Source: Azolla caroliniana (lineage: Eukaryota > Plantae > Polypodiophyta). From it: a DNA stretch of 64,000 nucleotides. The stretch spans positions 7,750,001 through 7,814,000 of the forward strand of contig JBHGNT010000013.1 in NCBI GenBank assembly GCA_043228905.1. Direction: 5' to 3'. Positions within the stretch are counted from its first letter, which is position 1. Each line of letters opens with the position of its first letter. The position numbers were made by a program, and so were the translations under genes. A model generated the notes under the pieces. The model was given only the letters and a program-made list of their open reading frames with translations, had not been told where the DNA came from and did no database searches. Below, piece after piece: positions 12,050-23,655 of the stretch.

Positions 12050-12883
12050 AACCCGATACTACGTATCGAGTTTTAGCCTAGGAGCCACAACTCGATACGC
12101 CGTATCGAGTTTAGACCCCCAATTCGATACGGCGTATCGAGTTTAAGCCCTAGGAGCCACAACTCTATACGCCGTATCGAGTTAAGACCCCCACGTATTG
12201 AGTTTTAGCATTGGGAGCCACAACTCGATACGACGTATCGAGTTAAGACGCCCAACTCAATACGCCATATTGAGTTTTAGCCTTGGGAGCCACAACTCGA
12301 TACGACGTATCGAGTTAAGATGCCCAACTCGATATGCCTAATCGAGTTAAGACGCCCAACTCGATACACCTAATCGAGTTTTTGCCCTAGGAGCCACAGC
12401 TCGATACGACGTATCGAGTTAAGACGCCCAACTCGATATGCCGTATCGAGCCGTAACGAGTTGGGAGGCATAACTTGATACGGCGTATCGAGTTGGTGGA
12501 CATAACTCGTTACGCCGTATCGAGTTGTAGCTCCCAGGGCTTAAACTCGATACGTCGTATCTAGTTATGTCCCACAACTTGATACGGCGTATCGAGTTGT
12601 AGCCCTAGGAGCCACAACTCGATACGGCGTAATGAGTTATGTCCACCAACTCGATACGTCGTATCAAGTTGTAACCCTAGGAGCCACAACTTGATACGCC
12701 GTATCGAGTTATGTCCCCCAATTCGATACGGTGTATCGAGTTGTGACACCTAGGGCAACAACTCAATACGGTGTATCGAGTTGGGGGACATAACTTGATA
12801 TGCCGTATCAAGGTATGCCTCCCAACTCGTTAATGTGTATCTAGTTCTAGCCTTAGGAGGCACTAGATACAACGTAACGAGTC
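12050..12883. repeat. Array of about 23 copies (plus 2 half-sites) of the 23-bp palindrome AACTCGATACG-N-CGTATCGAGTT with recurring 9-bp and ~17-bp spacers
   Basis: Copies start at 12050, 12089, 12121, 12161, 12222, 12254, 12294, 12326, 12358, 12398, 12430, 12472, 12504, 12544, 12576, 12616, 12648, 12688, 12720, 12760, 12792, 12824 and about 12861. The period is mostly 32 or 40 bp. Confidence 0.95.
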
Positions 12884-12946
12884 TAATACGAAATATAAAG
12901 TATGTAGATAATCATATGTCCGTACAGTTTAGGGTTTAGATCCTAC

Positions 12947-12981
12947 TTGGTGTTAGAACGGGCAGTCTTTTTGCTCAACAT
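12947..12981 (-). CDS. Putative first coding exon of the ParB-MTase gene (MLSKKTARSNT-K)
   Basis: ATG at 12981 and a phase-2 donor AA|GTAGGA at 12946, which matches the phase-2 acceptor TTTCATGCAG|G at 6180/6179. A TATA-like CATAAATAG lies about 115 bp upstream. The joined CDS is 2,931 nt (976 aa). Confidence 0.55.
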
Positions 12982-13623
12982 GATGATCGTGTCAGTTTGG
13001 GGATGCGTGAGGTATCTTGGGAGTTCTCGTGTCTGTGCTTTGGTGCTCTGGAGAGTGGTTAAGCTCAACTGTGGGGAATGAAAAAGAGAGGTCATTCTAT
13101 TTATGGGAGGGGAAGGGACCATAGTTAAAAAAGTAACCACGGTTAGAATTAAATACCAATAGTGCCTTGAGTTATTTATCTTAGAATTTGTATTTATTAT
13201 TATCATAACATAATGATTATCTTTATACTTTATGTGTAATATGATCATTATGATCTAGTAGTTATCATTTTATACTTATGTGTATTATGATTTAGTACCT
13301 ATTATGATCTAGTACTTATTATGATTTAATACAGGTGCAAGGTCAGTCCAATGATTGAGTATACTTATCTACATTTATGGTAGTCTAATGATTTTGATTT
13401 TGAGAACATTCACTAATTGGGTGAGGATAGTGGTATTGTGCAATTATGTCACGTGGACACGTGATCAATTTTTATTTATAACTAATAGAAATATAGAAAA
13501 AATTATATAATAAAATATACAAAATACATATATAGTTCCTTAGAATTCTATTTGTAGTTTAAGTATGTCTTACAATTTGTATGCTTAGGGAGTGAAATAT
13601 AAAGGATATTAGAACCTCAAACA
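12982..13623. promoter_or_regulatory. Putative bidirectional promoter/UTR region between the ParB-MTase and transposase genes
   Basis: Lies between two divergent start codons and is AT-rich. Two CACGTG boxes (13450-13455, 13458-13463); short ATTATGAT(C/T)TAGTA repeats around 13245-13330. Confidence 0.4.
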
Positions 13624-16203
13624 ATGGGAACTAATTCACCCTTTTCTGTTGAGGAATATCAACTGTCATCGGATTCCCCACCTTCTCTGGGGTTTTCGGT
13701 AGAAGAATACCATTGGTTTCAAGATTCTAATTTCTCCGTTATCAGCTAAGGATGACAATAAGCTAAGGAGCCCCTTATTTTTCAAAAGGGTCTCAAGATG
13801 TATTTGTCGAGAACGATTTGCTAAATAGGGACATCTGAGGCTCAACTTACCGTAGATATTAAAAAGACATGCTGCGCTTGTGGGTGTATGGCGATGATTG
13901 GAAAGCAAAACTTGCGGTCTTGGAGGCGTTACTATTTTTCACTCAATGGTGATGAACAAGACACTTATCTTATGACACACTTACAGATGGTGTCAGACAA
14001 AGCCTCAGATATCTCAATCTCTTTCGAGTATTACCTTTTTACGGCACGACAATGTTGTAGACTGGCATTCAAGATCGCACTCTGTGTTAGCAACATGAGA
14101 TTACATAGAGTGCAACAAAGAGTTTTAAACGGCAACAATCCCATTGAAGATGATAATTTTCCAAGTATGAAGGGTGCATCAGGTAGAAATGCGATCTGCT
14201 GGATGAAGACATACTTCAAGTTCAATTGTGAGATAATGCCAACTACCGGAAGGTTGCATCTCTCTGACAATTATACACGTCGAGAAGTTTATGATTCCTA
14301 TAGATTGGAAATGTCAACTTGTTGTGACAAGTATGTAACCTACAATCAGTTCACAAGGTTGTGGACATTGCACTTTAGTAATGTTATTATACCTCGTAAA
14401 GTACGTATGGGGGTATTGTTCAGTATGTGCAAACCTAAAGAGCGTGTGTAAAGGGGCAAAGACAGCGACAGAGAAGGAGCTAAATAAGAAATTGTTACAA
14501 GATCACTGAGATGCCCAAGCATTAGAGCGAAAAAGAGCTATGCACCATAGGGAAAAGTCGATAAACAATCCAAGTAAGTACACGTGTTTAATGATAGATG
14601 GAATGGACCAAAAGAAGACGTGTCTACCTCATCTTAAACGTCTTTCTAAAGATGTCAACGATGATTGTCTCGTGCAAATGCACTTGGTGGGTTGTTTAGC
14701 CTATAATGGAAGTGTGAAGCCTCATGTCTTCGTCACCTACCCAAATGTCCACAATGACCCTAATTTAACAGTCACTGTGATTCAAAAAGTATTGATGTCT
14801 TGGGGCCAGTCTTTGCCGCCAGTTTTATATATTCAACTAGACAATACTAGTTGGGAAAACAAAAATTCTACGGTGTTTGGTTATCTAAGTATGCTAGTGA
14901 ATCAAGGATTTTTTAGGAAAGTGAAAGTTAACTTTCTATTGGTTGGTCACACACATGACCATATTGATAAGATATTCAGTAACTTCTCTAGGCAGTTATC
15001 ACGATATGATGCTTTTACGTTACCTAAGTTATTCGACATCATTTGTGATGCATATACGCCACGCCCAATCATAGAAAACTTGAAGGAAATATATGATTTT
15101 AAGAGATACATATTAGATGGTGGTGAGCGAAATGCCAAAGTGTTAGCGCCATTAAATAATATAAGTTTCAACCACGTATTCTTAATAAATAAAAATGATC
15201 ATTGTGGTTGTACACTATTATATGCAAACCTCTATTCATCCTCCCCCCAATGGGAGCCTGAAGGCGGGTGTCAGTTTCTACTTCATATGCCTTCAACTTT
15301 TGTTTATGGTGTAGGACAAATGCCGATTGAGACTAGGAAAGTTGTCACCAATATACTAGTTGGTAATCCAAAGGATGTTTGGATGCAAGCGCTGCAAGAC
15401 AAACGCAAGCACATTGACAATGCGAAGAAGTATGCTGGGGAACAAGACACATCATGGTGGGATGTGTTCTTTAAAGATCAAGAACAAATTGTTGACAATT
15501 GTGTCCTTGGTACTTGGACCGTGAAAATACCCGTCACCTGAAATATACAATAGTGTTGTAATTCTCAGACTTCTCCTCTTGCACCTAATCCGATTAATGA
15601 TAACTTGCTCCATCCACCACAAAGGGACATATATGTTGGACCTAGGTTGACAAAAATAGCAGAAGCAAGGTGGCAAGGTAACTTGCAAGAATTGAAGGTG
15701 GGTATGTTAATTGTTACACCTGTTGATGATAATGAGCTGGGACATCAATTTTGGATTGGTAAGGTTTTAGATGTGGTGATGCTTGAGAACAAAAGCCAAA
15801 TCTAGTCTATAAAGGTGCATTGGTACAACACTAAAAGCAAAAATGCCTTTACTGGCAAGTATGCTTTAGAGATGATGGAATGTCCGCGGTCAAGGGGGAA
15901 TAGAAAGAGGAAAAGAAATATTCGTAGCATTTCATGCCTAGACATTGGTGACGTAGATATTATTGTTTAGGCTTCACACTAACAAAAGTTGGATGTCTCA
16001 AGAAGTCTACAATAGATATTATCAAGGAGAAATTACCTATTCTACAAGGGGTCTCATGTCGAAGGCAAACAAGATCGTCTATACATAACATGGAATGTCA
16101 ACATCTAGTTTTAGATGAAGACAATGCCTTAATAGGTACATCCGAAGATGACGAGGAACAATCTGCATTGTATATTAGTTATAGTAGCGACTCTAGATCA
16201 TGA
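13624..16203 (+). pseudogene. Sola-like DDD transposase with N-terminal Cys clusters and a C-terminal BAH/Tudor-like domain (degraded)
   Basis: The ATG at 13624 is in frame with ORF 13888. Motifs: CCACGC; CSVC..H after a frameshift in the G-run at 14409-14413; catalytic-type IDGMDQ, LYIQLDNTSWENKN and FLLVGHTHDHIDKIFS; tail VGMLIV..DD...FWIGKV...IKVHWY and FTLTKVGCLKKST. Several TAA/TGA/TAG stops and a second frameshift near 15970. Confidence 0.85.
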
Positions 16204-16496
16204 TACGAGTGATTTTTGTAAATTTTACACTCCTCAATGATATTTTGGTATCTAATATCGAAATATGTGTAAATTATGTTTAGAAATATTATTGCTTTGT
16301 ACAGACATTGTTTGTAACAAAATACACTACTTCTTGACTTCTCAGTGATAGTGAACATTGTATCATTTCGATTATAGCATAATTTTTGCATTTTTCCAAG
16401 TTTAGGAAATGATGCTTTTTTGAGTTTTTCCAACGACATTTTGAGAACATTTGATACTGGTATCATTATGTTTTGTGAATAGAGTATCTTTTTGCT

Positions 16497-16527
16497 CAAT
16501 CCTTCCACTTCTGAACGCGAACATGTT
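16497..16527 (-). repeat. Right terminal inverted repeat
   Basis: CAATCCTTCCACTTCTGAACGCGAACATGTT followed by the TSD TGTG. Confidence 0.92.
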
Positions 16528-17277
16528 TGTGATTGTGTAAAATTGCCGAAGCAATTCCCATTTGGGAATGTCTCGGTGGAATAATTCCAGAAATTGCGTG
16601 CAAACGTCTTGGAATGTGGTGAACTCCCCAGGATCGTGTCAAGAATACCAGTGTGCAACGGGGCCGTCGAGGGAGAGAGTGAATTCAGTGATTTTGGAGG
16701 CGTCGATCTCTGCGTTAGTGAGCCATTGTGTCGAACAGTTGGCTTGCCACGTGTTGAGAAAGGAGCAGATGTGGGCTTCGGCATCCGGGCCATCCGTGTA
16801 GGGGACGTAGGGGTGATACAACACTGTATCAAGATCTGGGACGTCCAGAAGGGCCGGGAACGGGTTGTGCTCTGGTGGAGGTTAAAGTTCTAGAGAACTT
16901 GGAGGGGTAGCAATATCAGGACCGATATGTGACTGTGAGTCTGGGATTACTAGTGGCGAAGATTGGGTTTCCAAATTGACTGATGGCGAGGCTCGCGATT
17001 CCGGGGACAAATGTTGTGTGAGCACGGAATCGGCTGTCTCCTCGGCAGGCTCGGTGCGGCGAGACGGTGGCCGAGAGCGAGTACTTCTGTTGGGTGCCAT
17101 ACTGGCGACTGGGATTACCACCACGTGAGTTCGTTGTGCTACATAGCGTGAACTGAGAGTGCCAAATTGTTTGTGGGTGGGGGGTGGAGCCAAGATCGAC
17201 TCTATCCCCCTCCCAAGGGGGTTCGAATGTGAGGGGAGAGAGAGAGATGCACAGAAATAATATGGTCTCGTTTGACA
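16528..17277 (-). mobile_element. 5' part (gag N-terminus and leader) of the gypsy element interrupted by the DNA transposon
   Basis: Retrotransposon-gag-like translation (FLNTWQAN..EFTLSLDGPVAHWYS..FLELFHR..LLRQFYTIT), continuous with 1746 leftwards. Right boundary approximate. Confidence 0.75.
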
Positions 17278-18186
17278 ATTAGCATGTCGTCCACATATAG
17301 CAGGAGGATGAGAAAATCTCCTCTGTCAAACTTCTTCACAAACACGCAGTGATCAGCCTACGTTCTTTGGTACCCATTGTCGGTCATGAAGAAGTTGAAC
17401 TTCCGGTATCATTGCCGGGGGGCTTGCTTCAGTCCGTATAAGCTCTTCTTCAGCCGGTATATTGGTGTTCCTTCCCTTTTCTGACGAATCCTTCCAGCTG
17501 TTGCATGTAGATCTCTTCTTCGAGGTCGCCATGTAGGAACGTCGTCTTAACATCTAGTTGCTCTACCTCGGGGTCCATGCTTCCCGCTATGCTCAACACC
17601 GTCTGGATGGATGTCATCTTCACGACCAGGGCAAAGATCTCATCGAAATCCACTCCTTTCTTTTGTTGGAAACCCTTCACCACAATGTGAGCCTTATACC
17701 TTGGTGGATTTCTGGAGTCCCCCGGTTTCAACTTGTTCACCCACTTGTTTTAGAGTGCCCTCTTTCCTTTCGGCAACTCCGTCAGCTCATATGTATGGTT
17801 CTCATGCAGGGAATCCATCTCATCCTGCATGGCACTCAACCACTTGCGGCTGTGGGTGTCTTTCTTTGCTTCCCCCTAGCATAATTGAGCATGCATCACA
17901 TAGAGTGTGTTGGTTTTCCGTGCCCAAGCCACGATCATGCTCCCCTTACAAAACTTCATAAGAACATTCTAGATGCTACCCATGTAGCCTTCATCATCCA
18001 GCTGACCGGTTGATATCAGGTTCAATCGAACCTCCGAAAGGTGTCGAACATCTCTCAACACAAGTCTGCAGCCAGTTGATGTCACCAAGCACACGTTTCC
18101 AATGTTGACGATTCGGCATGCTCCTTCATTTCCCAGCTTTATACATCCAAGATCTTTGGCTCTGTAAGGTGAGAAGCATTTCCCGT
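17278..18186 (-). mobile_element. Internally deleted copia fragment (RT piece and post-protease piece); its 5' part continues at 26720
   Basis: RT motifs GVDFDEIFA..QLDVKTTFLHGDLEEEIYM; LVLRDVRHLSEVRLNLISTGQLDDEG near 17990-18070. Confidence 0.8.
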
Positions 18187-19313
18187 TGTCATGAAGTACG
18201 AATGCTTCACATTAAAAGTCTACAATAAGATAAATACATAATGAAAATAAAATAAACCTTTATAATGTTAATAACATACTACGATAATATTATACATTAT
18301 ATATAGAAACAAAAATATATATATATATATATATATCATATTACATGGACAAGAGAGGACTTGAACTAATAAACCCTACCTTATGACACTCAAAGGTTAC
18401 CATTTAGCCTATAATAATAATTTACAAAATAATATATGATAAGAAGTAGTATTTTATAGTCTAAACCATGTAATATAATACATGCACAAAATTACATGGG
18501 CAAAAGAGGACTTGACATAACATCCTCAACCTTATGGCATTCAAACCTTACCATTTAGCCTATACTTATAATGTATATAAATATGTGTCTTGTTTTAATT
18601 TGAAGTAGTATTATATGGTTCAAACCATCAAACGTGCTACATGTGCACCATATAGCACACATGCAAGAGCCTCTCTGCATGTGTGCCACATGGCCCACAT
18701 GTAGAACCATCTCTTCCCTATAAAAGGAGAAGGAAGTATAGACAAAAGAACCCAAGAAATAAGATTGAGAGGATTATATTGGATCTAGAGAAAGATATAT
18801 TATAATAGAGAAAGAGGGAGCTTCAAGAGAAGAGAAGAACTAGCTTGGTGGTTGTGGTCCTCAACTTGCAACTGAAGGGCGGTGGTTCGAGAGTCTTATA
18901 CTTGTCAAGAGATTGAAGGGAAGACTATGGTTTACTATTAAGAAAGAGGAAGCTAGTTACCTTGCGAGACAAGAATTGAAGGTTCAACGACGCTTGCAAC
19001 CATTTTGTAACTCTTTCATGAAAATGATTATAAATTTCATATATTTTCTCAAATATTATTTTATATCTTATCTTGTCATATCTTATATTCCTTAAAAATC
19101 ACATCTTGTCATATCTTTTTTATCTCTATTCACTCCATCTCTACTCTTTCGTTTCTTCTGTCCATAATCCCAACGATTCCTTCGTCACTGTCACGTTATC
19201 TTTTGTCTGTGCAATGCTACACGTCTAGGCGAACCATGTCACGACACAATTTGGTGAACTCGACGTGAAACGGGGAAGTAGAAGAGACATCTAAAGTAAA
19301 GATCAACATCAAC

Positions 19314-22300
19314 ATGGCAAGTACGAGTACAATGGATCCGGTAAGGTTATTTATTGAAAAATTGAATCAAGATCAATTATTTCATGCCTTACAAGAAGTC
19401 CGAGAGAAGATTGGTATGTTTGATGGCACAAATATCTCAAAATATGTCAATATATATTATGATGAAATGGAAATGTTTGGTGTGAATGATGTCAATATGA
19501 TAGCAAACTTTTATAAATTAGTGGAAATGGAATTAAGAGATAGAATTCGTGAAATACAAGCATTGCATAGTTTGGATTGGAATGCATTCAAAGAAGCGCT
19601 TGTGTCTGAATATTCTCGTGAAGATTTCTCTCGAGTTACTATGCGTTCATTTCATGAATGGATCTTAAAAGAAGATAAAGGGTTATTTGTGGCTGACACA
19701 AAAAAAGAGTTTGATAGGATGTATGGACACTTAAAGCTAGAAGAATGAAATTCTTTGTCTTGGCAAAAGGTTGCTTTATTTTTGCAGGCAGTTGACAAGA
19801 GATATAAAAAAGAATTGGAATTTATGCTTGAAGTTCCAAATACCGAGGATGGTATAACGGCAGATTGGAATGAGGTAACAAATGCTTGTAATAAATTTAT
19901 GAAAAGAATGCAAAGGAATGGTGTAATGCTACCAATACCACATGTGGGAATCATGAATCGGCTTGATCAAAACATCGAAGTTCAAACCATCACACGAAAT
20001 GGTGCATCAACCACGCGAAATGATCGAAACTAAGAGTGAGTCTTTTCTTGATGATTTAGTTCAAAGTATGAATGATCTAACAATTAAAGTGGCAAAGCTT
20101 GAGAATGGTCAAACTTTGAGGTCAAGGGAACCATTTCGACCCCGATGCATCTGGTGCGATAGTCTCGAACATCGTCTACGTGATTGTGAAGAATATAAAG
20201 ACATGGAAAATCGAAACTTGGTGAATTGGAAAAATGGTAACATTTATTTAACTGAAACTAGAAGTCCACTTACAAAGAACTTTGGTGATGGTGGTGTTAA
20301 GGTTTAATTTGAAGAAGCTGAAGCAAAGAAGGCTTCCACAATGTACTACTCGGCAACAGCAGGAATGCGCCTTGATGACATGCCATCCCGATCATCATTC
20401 TAGGAGAAGGTTGTAAGTATTGCACAAAAGCAAAAGAGGAAGATGAAAGACCTTCGTGTTGCCGGAGATTCTGTAAGGAAAAACACTGGATGGGATGTTC
20501 CAGTAGATGTTATGCCGGTCTATGCTCAGATGCCAGAACACCAAGAGCATGAGGTGATAGTGGAAGAAAAAAGGAAAAGGCCGGATGATGAGATTGGCTC
20601 AACAAAAAAGCATGAGACAAGAGAAAGCAAAAGAAAAGAGATGGAGACAAAAGTCGAAAAAGGTAAATCTGGTCCTTCATTCAAATTAAGGTCTGATATT
20701 GAAAACGATACAGATTTAAAGAAAGTTTTAGAAACAAGAATACTAGATAGTCAAGTAGAATTTACACTAAGAGAAGCGTTAGGTATTGCAAAAAAGGAAT
20801 TTCATGATGAAATAATTGATAGTGTGAAGAAAGAAGCAAATTAATGAGCAGGTTAAAGAGACAAATCCGAAGGTAGCATATGAAGTGGTGAGCAACGAGT
20901 CAAACATTATCATTGTTGACTGTCAACGTGCATCAACCTCAATGATAAGTTCAACAGATGCAAGAAGCCACTACTCTCACAAATGTTGGGCAAGAGCCAG
21001 TACTGAGCATCATGTGAAGATTGGAAATGTTCCAGACCCAGTGATGGCACTTATTGATCATGGTTCTGAAATAAATATAATGAGTGCTAATTTTTACAGG
21101 AAAGGTAGATGGCCAATTGATGCTCAGCATGGTTGGCGAGTAAAAGCAGCCACATCAGTCACCGAAGATTTAGTTGGTGCATGCCCAAATGTAAAGGTTA
21201 CCATTGGCGATATAGAGGTAGATCAACATTTCTTTGTGCAGGAAGGATCTACCTATCGAATAGTCTTGGGGCAACCATACATCACCGCAGTACGGATGGA
21301 GACCAAAGTCCTTGACAATGGTTCTCCCTATGCGAAACGAACTGTACAGTTTATGACAACATGCCCAATTCATGAGAGGAACAAACAAGAGCTTTGTGAT
21401 CATTCAATACCAAAAGACTATGACGATTTTGATAATCAGGTTTTTTACTAGGACTATTGCGAGTGAGGGTTGCAATAGTCCCATTATTAAAAGACCCTCA
21501 TATAGGGCATTACAATATATGAATAAGTCATTTCATGTTTCTGAAAGTGGTGCTATATGTGTGACTAGGATGTATGAATGCAAGAGGAACTTGAAAAAGA
21601 ATGCTAATCTATTTTAGCAGGCATTGAAGGATAATGGAGTACTTGAAATGGAAGAGCAGATTGAAAGTGTTATGGAAGAAATTTCTTTTGCAAATACTTT
21701 AGAAGAGTTAGAAATGTATTTGAAAGAAGATGATGAGAATGTTAGAAAGATACATGTAAACTCAATTGATATGTATTATGAAATTGATAAGTATAATTGT
21801 AAATATGAAGAAGTAGAAGGTTTATGTAACACAAAATATAAAACAATAGATAAAAAGATAAAACTTGTTGCAGTACCATTACCTATTGGTAGCGAAGAGA
21901 AAATGAAGACAACATCAATATGCTATCAGGTTTGGAGCAAAGATATTAAATGATAGACAAAGAAATTATGCGCAAGTTAAACGAGAATTGTGGGGTTTGC
22001 TTACTACACTAAAAATGGATAGAGATTACTTTATTGGAGCATATGTAGTGGTTGAAACAGATTGTTTGCTACTCATCGGAATGATAGCAAGTTGCACGAC
22101 ACCAGATATTGCAATGCTTCGGTGGATTGCATACATCAGAACCATGAACCCAGAATTGCGGCATATAAAGGGCAAAGAGAACCCTGTCGCAGATATGCTA
22201 TCATGGGCAAGGTTCATAAATGAAAAGCTAATGCAAACTGAAGATAAGAACTGGGCAATTACAAGCCATCAAGTTGCTCATCAAGTATCTATTAAGCCTC

Positions 22301-23655
22301 ATGATGAGTTTAATGTAAGTATAATGTTTAAAGATGCAGAGTATGAAGGTCAATGGTTAGAAATAGGAAAATTTTTAAAGACTCAAGAAACCGACCCATC
22401 ATGGTCAAAGAAACAACTATATGAATCTCGAAGAAGAGCATTCAAATTTCTTTTACGTGAAGGGCATCTATGGAGGCGCCCGAAAAGACCAACCAAAAAT
22501 CCTCTTCGAGTCATTTGTAAGGATGATATTAAAAGAAAATTAATTACTTAATTCCATGATAGTTTGTGGGCAGGACATAGAAGCATATGGGCGACATTTA
22601 TGAAGTTAAAAGAAAAGTATTGGTGGCCACATATGTATAAAGATGTAATGAAATTTGTGGAAACTTGTGAAATATGTCAAAGGTATTCAACTATTCGATA
22701 TCAAGATGAGCTAAAACCAACATATTTATCATCAATGCATTATAAATGGATGGTTGATCTAGTGACAATGCCACTTAGGGAAGGTCAAATGCGATATTTA
22801 GTACTTGCAAGAGAAGACCTTACAAACCAAGTAGAAGGAAGACCACTACGACAAAAAACAACTAGATTTGTATGTAAATTTTTGTTAGAAGATGTAATAT
22901 GTTGTTATGGGTGTGTTGGTAAAATAATTGCATATAGAGGAGAACTTGACTCTGATGAAGCTAGAGAATTCTTCTGCCGAATAGGGATCAAATTATTGCT
23001 TACAACTACGTATAATCCAAAAGCCAATGGATAGATTGAAAGAGGATATAGCCCAATAGTTAAGGCGATCATGAAAAGTTGTAAAGGTAAAATAAGAGAT
23101 TGGCCACGCATGCTACCATATGCACTATGGGCAGGTCGGACAACACATAGTTCGGTAACAGGATATATGCCAACTGAATTGATACTTGCCCAAAAGCCCA
23201 TCATGCCAATAGAAGGATCAATTATGTCATGGACATCTATTCCATGGAGAGAAGAGTTGAGCTGAGAAGAATTGTTGGCTTTGTGAATTCAACAATTAGA
23301 GCGTCGGCTTGAAGATGTAGAATTAGCAGCCCAACGATTGAAGGAGGCTCGATTAAAGAATAAAATTCGTTCTGATAAAACTCACAGAATTTGACATAAG
23401 AAGATAGAAGAAGGGGATTGGGTGTTTGTGTATGATAGCAGTTTAGATAATCAACATAGCACCGTTCGCAAGTTCGCTGAAAGATGGTTTGGGCCTTACA
23501 TAGTAAGAAAAGTATATGATAACTTTACTTATAAGCTTAGTGAATTGGATGGGACAATAATCCTAAACATGGTAGCTGGAAAGAGGATAAAAGTATTTAA
23601 GAAAAGGTTTGAGCTTGAACCTCCTCCAATAGATCAACATGAAGATGAAAGATAG
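19314..23655 (+). pseudogene. Gypsy gag-protease-(no RT)-RNase H end-integrase, degraded
   Basis: Gag with CIWCDSLEHRLRDC; protease ALIDHGSEIN; a jump near 21930 directly to the RNase H C-terminus (RELWGL..VETDC..KENPVADMLS); integrase (GHRSIWAT..CEICQ, WMVDLV, GELD, YNPKANG); WFGPY motif. Confidence 0.85.

Larger units (their letters stand above)
1747..16527 (+). mobile_element. Complete Sola-like DDD DNA transposon (14,781 bp; 9,336 bp without the nested copia) carrying a transposase, a ParB-methyltransferase gene and a palindrome array
   Basis: TIRs at 1747-1777 and 16497-16527 match at 29/31. The 4-bp TSD TGTG lies at 1743-1746 and 16528-16531. Removing the element plus one TSD restores the interrupted gypsy gag frame (QFYTITQAPNE). 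Confidence 0.9.

Noticed and set aside
12561-12749. Repetitive 62-aa ORF (QLDTPYR..)
   Set aside because: It is a translation of the palindrome array, with no evidence of coding.
12050-12883. CRISPR array (palindromic repeats with spacers)
   Set aside because: The spacers are only 9-17 bp and recur as two types rather than being unique. There are no cas genes and the context is a eukaryotic TE.
12928-12937. Telomeric repeat TTTAGGGTTT
   Set aside because: A single unit, at most a telo-box near the putative donor site; not an array.
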